From positions 30,080 through 94,079 of the IMG/VR virus record IMGVR_UViG_3300044712_001034: 64,000 nucleotides of DNA; one strand, written 5' to 3'. Each line of letters starts with the position of its first letter. The stretch's first letter is position 1. Below are positions 17,359 to 27,689 of the stretch, piece after piece. The notes beneath the pieces are model-generated. The model searched no databases. It was given only the letters and a program-made list of their open reading frames with translations, and had not been told where the DNA came from. The stretch comes from a virus. A program made the position numbers and the translations under genes.

Positions 17359-17622
17359 ATGAGGAGTAGAAAAGTTATAGACGAGGATTTTGAACAGATG
17401 TGTGATTGCTTTGAATCTTTAACTAAAACACCAAGAAAAGATAAAATAATGCGTAATATGGTAGACTACTTTGGGTATGATAGAGTAAGAGCAGTTATAG
17501 TGCACTTCATTGAAAATGATTTCTTTTCAGAGGAAAATACACGCAGAGCAAAAATTCTAGAAAGCTACAAACCTTATAACTTATTGTATTGGTGGTGTAA
17601 AAACTACAAGGAGGATAAATGA
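17359..17622 (+). CDS. small helical protein resembling 10320-10685 (DnaD-like?)
   Basis: FGYDRVRAVI...YNLLYWWCK; start MRSRK after SD AAGGAG. Confidence 0.5.
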   Translation: MRSRKVIDEDFEQMCDCFESLTKTPRKDKIMRNMVDYFGYDRVRAVIVHFIENDFFSEENTRRAKILESYKPYNLLYWWCKNYKEDK

Positions 17623-17858
17623 ATTGGACACAGATTTTAGTAATATTTAATTGTGACAACGGATACAAGTGCTCGTGTTGTAACACAAGTTGGGAAGAAA
17701 GTGAAGTTTATAATACAGATCAATCTATTGATGAATTCATTAGTGAACTTAAGATAGACACTAGAAAAACTTATTATGATAATAGTAAATGGGGAAGATT
17801 TGAAATACTAAAAGCATATGTTATTGACTACGAGGTAAATTTAGATGAAATTGTATAA
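17619..17858 (+). CDS. hypothetical protein with CSCC motif
   Basis: 79-aa ORF, SD AGGAGG. Confidence 0.6.
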   Translation: MNWTQILVIFNCDNGYKCSCCNTSWEESEVYNTDQSIDEFISELKIDTRKTYYDNSKWGRFEILKAYVIDYEVNLDEIV

Positions 17859-18090
17859 GTTCTATAAAGATGATTGCGTACCATGTAAGATGTTATCTAA
17901 GATGTTGTTAGATACTAGATTTCCAGCAGGAATAGATTACATAGAAGTAGATGTAAAGAATATAGATAACTTCGATTTATTACAAGAGTACTCTATTACT
18001 AGCGTACCAGTTTTAGCTTTTGAAAATGGAAATAAGTTAATTGGAATGAAATCTAAAAAGGAAATTGAGGAATTTTTAAACAATGCTTAA
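17845..18090 (+). CDS. thioredoxin/glutaredoxin-like protein
   Basis: CVPC active site, SVP cis-Pro motif. Confidence 0.85.
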   Translation: MKLYKFYKDDCVPCKMLSKMLLDTRFPAGIDYIEVDVKNIDNFDLLQEYSITSVPVLAFENGNKLIGMKSKKEIEEFLNNA

Positions 18091-19075
18091 TGTTTTATCA
18101 TTATTTGATGGTATGTCTTGTGGACAACTTGCATTAGATAAAGCCGAGATAAAGTACAACAATTATTTTTCATCAGAAATAGATAAATACTCTATTAAAG
18201 TAGCACAAAAGAATTACCCTAATACGATACAATTAGGAGATATTAATAATTGGAAATCTTGGAAGCTTCCTAAGATAGATTTACTTATGGGAGGATCGCC
18301 TTGTCAAGGATTTTCTTTTGCTGGAAAGAAGTTAAACTTTGAAGATCCAAGAAGTAAGTTGTTCTTTACTTTTGTAGAAATTCTAAAAGAACTAAAGCCA
18401 AAATACTTTCTTTTAGAAAATGTAAAAATGAAAAAAGAATGGCAAGATATTATTACAGAATACTTAGGAGTTGAGCCTACTCTAATTAATTCAGCATTAG
18501 TTTCAGCACAAAATAGAGAACGTTTGTATTGGACAAACATTCCTAATATTACTCAACCAGAAGATAGAAAAGTACTACTAAAAGATATTGTAATGTTTAA
18601 TGATTACCCTGTAGTAATTCATAATATTTACGGAGGGTTCAAAGAAGATTTTGTAAGAGTTTTTGAAAATAAATCACCAACCATAAGAACATCAGCAGGT
18701 GGTGGTCATATACCCTCTTTTGTAAAACATACTCTTTCAAGCAAAGAAATTTCTTACATGAATAGAGAAGTAAAAGATGGTAGAACTCATTGGGATTTTT
18801 CACATCATTCATCAATAGATAAAGATAAATCTAGTGCTGTTGTAGCTAACTTCTTTAAAGGTGTGCCATACAATGTTCTAAAGGATTGGGATTGTATAAG
18901 AAAATTTCATCCGATAGAATGTGAAAGATTACAAACAGTTCCAGATAATTATACTGAAGGAGTAAGTGATACACAGCGTTATAAGATGTTAGGAAATGGT
19001 TGGACAGTTGATGTTATTGCACATATATTAAATTTTATGGAGATTGAAGATGGCATTATTACAGAAGAATGGTAA
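18083..19075 (+). CDS. dcm: DNA cytosine-5 methyltransferase
   Basis: SLFDG, GGSPCQG, ENV, QNRER, LGNGW. Confidence 0.93.
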   Translation: MLNVLSLFDGMSCGQLALDKAEIKYNNYFSSEIDKYSIKVAQKNYPNTIQLGDINNWKSWKLPKIDLLMGGSPCQGFSFAGKKLNFEDPRSKLFFTFVEILKELKPKYFLLENVKMKKEWQDIITEYLGVEPTLINSALVSAQNRERLYWTNIPNITQPEDRKVLLKDIVMFNDYPVVIHNIYGGFKEDFVRVFENKSPTIRTSAGGGHIPSFVKHTLSSKEISYMNREVKDGRTHWDFSHHSSIDKDKSSAVVANFFKGVPYNVLKDWDCIRKFHPIECERLQTVPDNYTEGVSDTQRYKMLGNGWTVDVIAHILNFMEIEDGIITEEW

Positions 19076-19301
19076 ATTTCGTTGTCTGTTCTGTGATTTT
19101 ACTCACGGAAATAATACACACGTATACTCTCATATGAGTGAAGCTCATGATTATATGCTAGTACCTTTTACTAGAGAACAATTAGTAAAGTTACAGCAGT
19201 TTATTATGACAAAGAATGATAGTTTAATTACGCCAGATATTTATGAAATTATAAAATTATACGCTAAATATAAGATAAAATCTATTTCTGACATAGAATA
19301 A
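19050..19301 (+). CDS. C2H2 zinc-finger-like protein
   Basis: FRCLFC-x12-HMSEAH. Confidence 0.6.
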   Translation: MALLQKNGKFRCLFCDFTHGNNTHVYSHMSEAHDYMLVPFTREQLVKLQQFIMTKNDSLITPDIYEIIKLYAKYKIKSISDIE

Positions 19302-19312
19302 TTGTTATTAAC

Positions 19313-19340
19313 TTGTCTTTATTAGATTTTATGTTATAAT
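19313..19340 (+). promoter_or_regulatory. promoter for packaging/glycosylation operon
   Basis: TTGTCT-N16-TATAAT with TGn extended -10. Confidence 0.65.
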
Positions 19341-19363
19341 TAAATAATGAAAGGATATAATTT

Positions 19364-20059
19364 ATGGAACCAGAAAACAAAAGACATGCACCAAGCAGAA
19401 ATAAATTACGTTCTCTAAAACAATATAGAGAAATGCCAGAAGAAGAATTTAGTGAAGCATACTCTCAATTAGTTTTTGGAGCGAGTAGAGATAGTGTTAT
19501 TAGAGAAAAGTATGATCGTTTGATGAAACAATTTGAAGAAGAATATGATCTATCGGAGATGTTACCAAATGATAGAGTTATTCTAAAAAATCTAATCAAT
19601 GCTATGTTGCAACTAGAAGATTATGAAGCACAGCTAATGCTAGTTTCTAAAGAAGGGTTTAACAATAATAACATTGTTATTGTTAGAGAATTGAACAATG
19701 TTTGTAAAGCTCTTCGTAATGATATTTCTGAAATGCAAGATGATCTAGGTATTACTAGGAAAAGTAGAAAGAACGATAAAGAAGCTTCTGTACTAAATAC
19801 TATCGAGGATCTAAAAAAGAAAGCACAACAGTTTTATCAACAGAAGATGCAGTACATTATTTGTGAAAATTGCGGAACTCTTTTAGCAACTGTTTGGTGG
19901 ATGAAACCAGAAGATGTAAAATCTAAAATAGTAGTTCATTGTACTAGAATTCTAGACGATGATAAACAATGTAATTTCACTAAAGCTTATACAGCTAAGG
20001 AAATTTTAGAAATGGGCGGTAGTAATAGAAAAGAATTATTACCAGAAAGCGTGAGGTAA
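19364..20059 (+). CDS. probable terminase small subunit with C-terminal Zn ribbon
   Basis: Helical core ending DDLGITRKSR, CxxC..C..C; first gene of operon leading to terL; inference. Confidence 0.45.
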   Translation: MEPENKRHAPSRNKLRSLKQYREMPEEEFSEAYSQLVFGASRDSVIREKYDRLMKQFEEEYDLSEMLPNDRVILKNLINAMLQLEDYEAQLMLVSKEGFNNNNIVIVRELNNVCKALRNDISEMQDDLGITRKSRKNDKEASVLNTIEDLKKKAQQFYQQKMQYIICENCGTLLATVWWMKPEDVKSKIVVHCTRILDDDKQCNFTKAYTAKEILEMGGSNRKELLPESVR

Positions 20060-20061
20060 AC

Positions 20062-20259
20062 ATGAAACTATGGGTAGTAGGTAGAGTATTAGATATGGAT
20101 TATTGGGAATTCATCGGAGTTTTTGATGATGAACAGCTTGCTGTAAACGCATGTTTTGACACCCTATGCTTTGTTGGGCCTTGTATTTTAAACGAAAATG
20201 TAGGAAGGGAAACTATCGAATGGCCTGATAGCTATTACCCAAGAAAGGATAACTTATGA
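20062..20259 (+). CDS. hypothetical protein
   Basis: 65-aa ORF, SD GAGG. Confidence 0.6.
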   Translation: MKLWVVGRVLDMDYWEFIGVFDDEQLAVNACFDTLCFVGPCILNENVGRETIEWPDSYYPRKDNL

Positions 20260-20987
20260 TTACGTTTAGTCAGTTAGGAAAATTTGGCAGATTCGGAAAT
20301 CAACTTTGGCAAATAGCTAGCACTATAGGTATAGCTATTAAAAATAATCAAGACTTTGGATTCTCGGAGTGGGAATATCAAAAATACTTTGAACATTCTT
20401 TACCCTTATATAATCAAAAGAAACCAACTAGAAGAGTACCAGAGTTATCTTCTGGATATGTTGATACCACCCTAAAAGATTTTGTAGATCATGATTTACA
20501 AGGTTATTTTCAAAGCTATAAATACTTTGAACATTGTAAAGATTTAATAGAATATTTTTTTGAACCAATAATCGAAACAAATGATCACGGTCTAGATCAA
20601 ATAGCAATTCATGTTAGAAGAACTGATTATTTGTCTCTTGGTCATATTCATCCTAATCTTACAATGGATTATTATAATAAGGCTATGAAATTATTTCCCG
20701 GAAAAGAATTCAAGATATTCTCTGATGACATTGAGTGGTGTAAACAAAACTTTGATAATGATACTTGTACATTCGTTATTGAAAATCCACAGAATGATCC
20801 AGTATTAGATTTCTTTTATATGTCAAAACACGCAGGATTTATTATTGCTAATAGTTCGTTCTCTTGGTGGGCCGCTTGGTTAGCTAAAGATAAACCAGTG
20901 GTGTCTCCTAACGTTTGGGCCTATAATGAACCTAGAGAAACGATAGAAGATCGTATTCCTCCTGGGTGGGAAAGGATTTCAATATGA
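20256..20987 (+). CDS. GT11 alpha-1,2-fucosyltransferase-like
   Basis: GRFGNQ, GYFQS, HVRRTDY, FSDD, NSSFSWW. Confidence 0.92.
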   Translation: MITFSQLGKFGRFGNQLWQIASTIGIAIKNNQDFGFSEWEYQKYFEHSLPLYNQKKPTRRVPELSSGYVDTTLKDFVDHDLQGYFQSYKYFEHCKDLIEYFFEPIIETNDHGLDQIAIHVRRTDYLSLGHIHPNLTMDYYNKAMKLFPGKEFKIFSDDIEWCKQNFDNDTCTFVIENPQNDPVLDFFYMSKHAGFIIANSSFSWWAAWLAKDKPVVSPNVWAYNEPRETIEDRIPPGWERISI

Positions 20988-21568
20988 GAATAAATGAACG
21001 GGGCTATTGGGAAGGTAAAGAAGGTTTACCTCACGGGGTAGATCTTGGGTTAGCAAAAGAGTTAGCTAGATTTTTTTCAAAGAATAACGCAGATTTAGTA
21101 TTTGATTTAGGATGCGGAAATGGATTTTATACGCATTATCTAAATAATTACGGTGGTATGTTGTGTGAAGGTTATGACGGTAATCCGTTTACCAAAGAAT
21201 TAGCTGGTGATAATTGTTATGTAGCTGATTTATCTGTTCCGCAAGAGTTTGGAAAAGCTAATTGGGTTATGTCATTAGAAGTAGCAGAACATATTCCAGA
21301 AGAATTTGAAGATGTTTTCATTGATAATCTTCATAGACATAATACAGAGGGTATTGTTATCAGTTGGTCTATTCCTACTTTCGGTGGGGATGGGCATGTA
21401 AATCCAAAAGAAAATTCTTATGTGATTGATAAGTTTACCAAGCTAGGTTATAAGTATGATGAAGATTCTACAATAACACTTAGATACAGTTGTGCTGGTT
21501 ATCCTAATCCCTGCTGGTGGTTTGGCTTTACTATCTTTGTTTTTAGAAAGGATAAAAATGCCATTTAG
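20984..21568 (+). CDS. class I SAM-dependent methyltransferase
   Basis: DLGCGNG, SLEVAEH, GHVN. Confidence 0.88.
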   Translation: MRINERGYWEGKEGLPHGVDLGLAKELARFFSKNNADLVFDLGCGNGFYTHYLNNYGGMLCEGYDGNPFTKELAGDNCYVADLSVPQEFGKANWVMSLEVAEHIPEEFEDVFIDNLHRHNTEGIVISWSIPTFGGDGHVNPKENSYVIDKFTKLGYKYDEDSTITLRYSCAGYPNPCWWFGFTIFVFRKDKNAI

Positions 21569-22067
21569 CAAATTTGATTTATATAAAAATAATTACTTTG
21601 TAGAAACTGGTAGTTATTATGGTAATGGAATTCAGTCAGCTATAGATGCTGGATTTAGAAATGTAATCTCTATAGAGATTACAGATAAGTATTTTAGACA
21701 TTGTGTAAATAGATTTAGAAATAATAAAAATGTAACCTTAGTCTTCGGAGACTCAGCAGAGAAGCTTTCTGAAGTTATAAGCAATATAAAAGAGCAAATA
21801 ACATTTTATCTAGACGGTCATTGGGATTTAGACGAGGACGAGACTAGAGGTATTTTTGATTTCCCAATCTATAAAGAACTAGAAATTATAGCAACCCATC
21901 CAGTAAAAACACATACTATAATAATAGATGATGTTAGATTATTTAAAGCTTTGTGGAATGTTTCAGAAGATATTATTGTTAATAAATTGTTAGAAATAAA
22001 TCCACAATATGTAATAGAATATGCAGATGGTTACACAGACAAAGATGTACTTATAGCACACATATGA
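21558..22067 (+). CDS. SAM-dependent methyltransferase-like protein
   Basis: FVETGSYYG, SIE, GDS, FYLDGH, IIIDD. Confidence 0.75.
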   Translation: MPFSKFDLYKNNYFVETGSYYGNGIQSAIDAGFRNVISIEITDKYFRHCVNRFRNNKNVTLVFGDSAEKLSEVISNIKEQITFYLDGHWDLDEDETRGIFDFPIYKELEIIATHPVKTHTIIIDDVRLFKALWNVSEDIIVNKLLEINPQYVIEYADGYTDKDVLIAHI

Positions 22068-22720
22068 AAACATACTTTACTTGTTATGCTGATGAAAACT
22101 ACGAGAACCAGCAAGAAGAAATACTAAAAGAGTGTAACGAGTTTGATTATAAAGTTCCATATAAAAAGCAATTTCTAATTGATAGTGGTTTTTACGAATA
22201 TCAAAAACACTCTCTAACTTCTTTAAAGAATGGTGGGTGCGTTTGGAAACCATACATAATTTTAGATTTATTTCTTAAAATAGATCCGGGAGATTTGCTA
22301 GTTTATTTTGATTGTGGAGATAAGATATTACCAGGCTACCTATCTTTTATAAAAAGTAGAATTAGACAGGATACTTTTTTTATTACAAGCAATTTTGTAA
22401 ATAGATACTGGACAAAAACTTTCTGTTTCAAGTATATGGAGTGCAACGAAGACAAGTATAAAGATACGCTACAATTAGATGCTGGACAGATTGGATTTAT
22501 AAAATCTCCCTTTACTGAAAGCTTATTACAGGAGTGGAATAACTACTGCTCGAACTATCTAGTGCTGTTAGATGATCCGTTAGGAGAACGAGACGATCAT
22601 GTTATAAGGCACAGCAGAGATCAGAGTATTCTTACGAACCTGCAAGTAAAGTATAATATACCAGCATCTTCTATCAACGAAGTAGAGCGTAAGTATACCA
22701 TTCATAATTACAGAGGATAG
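22064..22720 (+). CDS. putative GT-A fold glycosyltransferase
   Basis: WKPYII, YFDCG, HSRDQS motifs; cluster context. Confidence 0.6.
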   Translation: MKTYFTCYADENYENQQEEILKECNEFDYKVPYKKQFLIDSGFYEYQKHSLTSLKNGGCVWKPYIILDLFLKIDPGDLLVYFDCGDKILPGYLSFIKSRIRQDTFFITSNFVNRYWTKTFCFKYMECNEDKYKDTLQLDAGQIGFIKSPFTESLLQEWNNYCSNYLVLLDDPLGERDDHVIRHSRDQSILTNLQVKYNIPASSINEVERKYTIHNYRG

Positions 22721-22721
22721 G

Positions 22722-23471
22722 ATGATCTATTTAATTACAGGAACAGATGAAAAGTACTACCCAAAAATTTATCCATATCTAGAAACTATTAATAAGTATT
22801 CTGCTTTTAAAAATATTCTATTATGTGTTGGATTTAGCAAAGATTCGGAATTTGATAATATAACTTATAAATCAATTCCTAAAGATTCTCTTACTGATAT
22901 TACAACTAATCCGTGCGTCCAAGCAGGAGAGTTCCTACCTTACGTCTCCTTTAATGATGACGATATAATTATATTTACAGACGGAGACATTAGATTACAG
23001 CGAGCTTTTACAAACGAAGAACTAAATAAAGTTTCTAATGTAAAGCATGATGAAGTTTTGATAGGACCAAATGCTACCCATTCAAACAACACTTTACTGA
23101 ATGAAGCTAATGGTCTAAATAGATATTGTAGCGACGAGTATTTAAATTCTCTATTTAGTGAGTACGGGATAAACAAAAACTCAGCTACGCTTAATGTTGG
23201 TGTAATAATTTGTACTACAAAAACTTATAAAAGAATTTATGAGCTTACCTATGAGATATATAATAAATATCCAAAAGTAACAGATCATATGGCGAGGCAA
23301 CAATGGTATATAAACTGTGCTATATATTCTTTTTGTAATGTTAGTTTATTACCATTTAGTTTTCACTCTCACCCACACAACGGATCACAACCTGATATGT
23401 CATTTGAAGCTGACCACACAATGTATGTAAATGGCGAAAGAGTATTATTTAGGCACAAGTACTATGTTTAA
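22722..23471 (+). CDS. putative GT-A fold glycosyltransferase
   Basis: IIFTDGD (DxD), LNVGV, QQW; cluster context. Confidence 0.6.
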   Translation: MIYLITGTDEKYYPKIYPYLETINKYSAFKNILLCVGFSKDSEFDNITYKSIPKDSLTDITTNPCVQAGEFLPYVSFNDDDIIIFTDGDIRLQRAFTNEELNKVSNVKHDEVLIGPNATHSNNTLLNEANGLNRYCSDEYLNSLFSEYGINKNSATLNVGVIICTTKTYKRIYELTYEIYNKYPKVTDHMARQQWYINCAIYSFCNVSLLPFSFHSHPHNGSQPDMSFEADHTMYVNGERVLFRHKYYV

Positions 23472-24063
23472 TATTAATGATACAAACGGAGATAGTAAGC
23501 TTTTAGCTCATATTCAATACACATTACTAGATAAGTTTCCAAATGAGCAATTATATGGGGTGGAGTTCGGAGTTGCTTTTGGTGGTGGTATAGAACAAAT
23601 ATGTTCTATATGGAAAGATAAAGGATTTGTATTAGGTTATGATACCTTTACTAATCATCCCGGATTTTTAGCAAAGGATGAAAACTCTCCTGAAGCTACA
23701 GCTATGGATGGGTGGTATCAGAAGCTAGGAAAAGATAAGTTATCAAAAAAATATATACAAAGTGAGTTGGAAAAATCATTTAGCAATTTTGAACTAATCG
23801 AAGGACTAGTAAACAATAAAACTAAAAAGAGAGATTACAAGTATCACTATGTTTTATTGGACTTTGATTTAGCAGAGTCAATGCAGTACGCTTATGATCT
23901 TATTAAAGATAATTTGCATCCCGGTGGTTTTATTTGTGTTCACGATATTATTCCAGATACGCATATGCCAATGCTAAACTCCTGGTGGTTTAACGCTATA
24001 TTACCAAAAGAAAACTATAAGCTATATAGATATGGAAAACACTTGGGGGTTTATCATGTATGA
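23464..24063 (+). CDS. TylF/MycF-like sugar O-methyltransferase
   Basis: VEFGVAFGG, GYDTF, LDFD, PGGFICVHD. Confidence 0.75.
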   Translation: MFNINDTNGDSKLLAHIQYTLLDKFPNEQLYGVEFGVAFGGGIEQICSIWKDKGFVLGYDTFTNHPGFLAKDENSPEATAMDGWYQKLGKDKLSKKYIQSELEKSFSNFELIEGLVNNKTKKRDYKYHYVLLDFDLAESMQYAYDLIKDNLHPGGFICVHDIIPDTHMPMLNSWWFNAILPKENYKLYRYGKHLGVYHV

Positions 24064-25099
24064 TTATTTAATAGTAGGTGCTGGAATAACCGGATCTGTG
24101 ATAGCCCATGAAATGCACAAGCTAGGTAAAAAAGTACTAGTTATAGATTCTAGAGATCATGTTGGCGGTAATTGCTTTTCTAAAGATATAAATGGTGTTC
24201 ATGTAAATCTGTATGGTGGTCATTTCTTTCATACGAATAGCAAAAGTATCTACGATTATGTAAATAATATCTGCCCTTTTACTCCTTATTATCATAGAGT
24301 TAAAGTAAATTACAAAGATAACATATACTCTTTCCCTATAAATATGCTGACATTTTTTCAGCTTTGGGGAACCATTACACCGGAACAAGCTAAAGCAAAA
24401 ATAGAAAGTGTAAAGCTAAATATAGTTCCAACTAACTTCGAAGAAAAGGTTTTATCTATGGTTGGAGAAGAAGTATATTATAAGTTTTTCTATGGATATA
24501 CAAAGAAGCATTGGGGAGTAGAACCTAAAGAGTTATCCGCAAAATTGATTAGTAGAATTCCTATTAGATTTACTTATGATGATAGATACTCTAGCGACCT
24601 TTATCAAGGAATGCCTGAGCAAGGATATGATTACTTTTTTAATAAGCTATTAGATGGGATAGAAGTTAAACTTGATACACAGTATAACTATGAAACTATA
24701 GCTAGTAAAACTATTTATACCGGATCTATAGATCAGTATTATAAATATATTTATGGTACGCTTCCATACAGAAGTGTGTATCACACATACTCCGATGAAG
24801 ATACGGGAGCAGCTACTATAAACTACACTAGTGAAGATATTAAGTACACAAGGCAAATAACTTATAACTATTTTTATCCGCAAAATAGAGCAGAAAAAGT
24901 AACTGCTACAGAGTTTGCATCAGATTACGGACCTCCCTACTATCCAATAGATACAGAAAAAAGTAAAAGTCTTTATAATAAATATAAAGAAATAAAAAAT
25001 GATTCTGTAATTTTTGCTGGAAGATTGGGAACTTACGCTTACCTAGATATGGATAAAGCATTAGCTAGTGCATTAAAGATTGTAAAGGATGAATTATGA
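24056..25099 (+). CDS. glf: UDP-galactopyranose mutase
   Basis: IVGAGITG, HVGGNC, YGGHFFHT, YTKKHWG, PYYP, GRLGTYAYLDMD. Confidence 0.95.
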   Translation: MYDYLIVGAGITGSVIAHEMHKLGKKVLVIDSRDHVGGNCFSKDINGVHVNLYGGHFFHTNSKSIYDYVNNICPFTPYYHRVKVNYKDNIYSFPINMLTFFQLWGTITPEQAKAKIESVKLNIVPTNFEEKVLSMVGEEVYYKFFYGYTKKHWGVEPKELSAKLISRIPIRFTYDDRYSSDLYQGMPEQGYDYFFNKLLDGIEVKLDTQYNYETIASKTIYTGSIDQYYKYIYGTLPYRSVYHTYSDEDTGAATINYTSEDIKYTRQITYNYFYPQNRAEKVTATEFASDYGPPYYPIDTEKSKSLYNKYKEIKNDSVIFAGRLGTYAYLDMDKALASALKIVKDEL

Positions 25100-26025
25100 T
25101 TATTTCGCAAACCCCATTAAGGGTGTCTATTATAGGTGGGGGAACTGATTTACCAGAATGGTTTGAGCATAATGAAGGTTGTGTTGTTGGATCATCAATA
25201 GATAAATATATTTATGTAATAGTAAATAATAGATTTGATGATAAGATTTCTGTTGGTTATTCTAAGCAAGAAACTGTAGATTCTGTAGAAGAAATTCAAC
25301 ACGATTTAGTTAGAGAAGCTGCGAAAGCTACAGGAATGACCAAAGGATTTGAAGTAAAAACTATGGCTGATGTTCCTTCACAAGGCTCTGGTTTAGGATC
25401 TTCTAGTGCTGTTTTAGTTGGGTTACTAAATGCTTTTTATCATTATCAGAATAATCCGAAAGAACACTCTCACTTAGCTTATCAAGCATTTTATATAGAG
25501 AGGTATGTTTTAGGTAGAAATGCTGGAATGCAGGATCATATGTTCTCTTCTTTTGGTGGACAGCTTAGACTATCGTTTTCTAACGATCTTCCTTATCACG
25601 AACCTGTAAAACTTTCAGACGATAACTTGTTTTTGCATTACACAGGTATAACTAGAAATGCTAATGATATTCTAAAAGAGCAAGCTTCTAGTATAGAAGG
25701 AAAAGAAGAGTTATATAAAAAGCTAACCAAATTAGCTAAAGAGTTTAATCAAGAACATATTTGTGATGTTCTTGGAAATGGTTGGGCAATAAAGAAACAA
25801 CTAGCTGATGGTATTTCAAATACAGAAATAGAAAATATGATAAGCATCGCTGAATCAAGTGGAGCTATGGCATATAAAATTTTAGGTGCTGGTGGGGGAG
25901 GATTTCTTTTATCTTATGTTCCAAAGGATCTACAAGACCTATTCTTAGATAAGATGAAAGATTATAAACAACTCCCGTTTAGGTTTACAAATTATGGGAC
26001 AAGGATTATTTACAATGGGATATAA
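25096..26025 (+). CDS. hddA: D-glycero-alpha-D-manno-heptose-7-phosphate kinase (GHMP)
   Basis: TPLRVSIIGGGTD, GSGLGSS, GMQD, GAGGGGF. Confidence 0.88.
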   Translation: MIISQTPLRVSIIGGGTDLPEWFEHNEGCVVGSSIDKYIYVIVNNRFDDKISVGYSKQETVDSVEEIQHDLVREAAKATGMTKGFEVKTMADVPSQGSGLGSSSAVLVGLLNAFYHYQNNPKEHSHLAYQAFYIERYVLGRNAGMQDHMFSSFGGQLRLSFSNDLPYHEPVKLSDDNLFLHYTGITRNANDILKEQASSIEGKEELYKKLTKLAKEFNQEHICDVLGNGWAIKKQLADGISNTEIENMISIAESSGAMAYKILGAGGGGFLLSYVPKDLQDLFLDKMKDYKQLPFRFTNYGTRIIYNGI

Positions 26026-26503
26026 TATTGCGTTTGATATTGACAATGTAGCTACTATGATAGCTAATTGCAGAGGTATAGTTTATACCTGTGGAAATGG
26101 TGGAAGCTCTTCAGCAGCATCACATTTTACGCAGGATTTAATAAAAGCTTGTGGAATAAAATCTATCTGTATTACAGATAACGTTCCTTTTATTACTGCT
26201 ACTGCAAATGATGATAGTTATGATAATATCTTCAGAAATTTTATGGAGTTGTTTTGGACAGCGCAAGATCTACTAGTTCTTATTAGTGGTAGTGGTAATA
26301 GTGTAAATTTACTAAAAGTTACTGAAGCTATGCGAGGTAAAGTAAAGACTATAGCTATTGTTGGTTTTGATGGGGGAGAATTAAAAAACATGGTTGATTA
26401 TGTTATTCATGTTCCAATCTCAGATATGAGGAAAGCAGAAGACAAACATATTCAGGTTTTACATGAGATTATTGATAGGATTGGAGATGAACCCATTCGA
26501 TAA
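26015..26503 (+). CDS. gmhA: sedoheptulose-7-phosphate isomerase (SIS)
   Basis: CGNGGS...ASHF, TATAND, ISGSGNS, GFDGG, EDKH. Confidence 0.9.
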   Translation: MGYNIAFDIDNVATMIANCRGIVYTCGNGGSSSAASHFTQDLIKACGIKSICITDNVPFITATANDDSYDNIFRNFMELFWTAQDLLVLISGSGNSVNLLKVTEAMRGKVKTIAIVGFDGGELKNMVDYVIHVPISDMRKAEDKHIQVLHEIIDRIGDEPIR

Positions 26504-27689
26504 ATTTTCAAAGATATTTTGCATCAATTTAGATAGGCGTGTAGATCGTTGGGAACAAGCTCAAAAAGAATTTGAAAAAGCTGGAATACTAGATAAAGTC
26601 GAAAGATTTTCAGCATACAACCTTCCTTATGCTACAGCTAGAGGGAACCACCTAAGTCACGCCGCTTGTATAAAAAAAGCCAAAGAAAATAATTGCGAAA
26701 ATGTTTTGATATTTGAAGATGATGTTGAGTGGCTAAATGATCCGCTAATTTTGAAAAGGGTGGATTTACCTACTGATTGGGATCTTTTTTACCTTGGAAT
26801 AAATATGGATAGATATAGTGCAACGCAAGTTAATTACCATCTAGCCAAGATAAATGGTGGGTATTCTACACACGCTTATGCAATCAATAAAACATTATTT
26901 GATACTCTTATAGAACTAAATGAGGATACGAAGACCGTTCATAATGATGTTAGAATGGCTTATGAAATAATTCCAAATTATAATTGCTATGTATCTGTAC
27001 CATTACTGGCGGGACAAAGAGATTCTTACTCGGATATTCAAGGAAGAAGAATGGATTCTAATCAAGTGTTTTTAGAGAGGTTCGATCAACACCTTACAAG
27101 AAAGAAATTTAAAGTTGCTGAGCCTACATTTTGTACATTTGTAACCCCGACAATAGGTCGTAAAACATTACCAAGAACTGTGCAATCTTTTATAAATCAA
27201 ACAGATTGGAGTTGGAAAGCTATTGTTATGTTTGATGGTAGAGATATAAACTATGAGTGTGATAATGACCACGTTCTAATAACTAAATGTGAGCAACAAA
27301 ACTCTGCTGGACTAACAAGAAATGAAGCTATGAAGTTAGTAACTACTGATTGGATAGCATTTTGTGATGATGATGATTGGCTAGCTGAAGATTATTTAGT
27401 AACACTAAGACAATATGTAGAAAATAATGATGTAGTTATCTTTACTTATCGTGATGTCAAGACAGGTAATACTCAACCTCCTGTTTATATAAATGACATA
27501 ATTAGTTGTAATGTTGGAATTAGCTTTGCTGTAAGAACGGATTTTGTTATAAAGAATAATATACAATTTCCAAAGGGCGCAATTGAGGATTTTGCATTTC
27601 TCGATGCTTGTAGAAATGCAGGAGCAAGATATGTTCTCACTCACCAAATTAAATATTTAGTGGGTGGGATCGGAGGTAATCAATTATGA
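26487..27689 (+). CDS. GT25-GT2 fusion glycosyltransferase
   Basis: N-half INLDRRVDR, LSH, FEDD, THAY; C-half TPTIGR, RNEA, FCDDDD. Confidence 0.85.
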   Translation: MNPFDKFSKIFCINLDRRVDRWEQAQKEFEKAGILDKVERFSAYNLPYATARGNHLSHAACIKKAKENNCENVLIFEDDVEWLNDPLILKRVDLPTDWDLFYLGINMDRYSATQVNYHLAKINGGYSTHAYAINKTLFDTLIELNEDTKTVHNDVRMAYEIIPNYNCYVSVPLLAGQRDSYSDIQGRRMDSNQVFLERFDQHLTRKKFKVAEPTFCTFVTPTIGRKTLPRTVQSFINQTDWSWKAIVMFDGRDINYECDNDHVLITKCEQQNSAGLTRNEAMKLVTTDWIAFCDDDDWLAEDYLVTLRQYVENNDVVIFTYRDVKTGNTQPPVYINDIISCNVGISFAVRTDFVIKNNIQFPKGAIEDFAFLDACRNAGARYVLTHQIKYLVGGIGGNQL

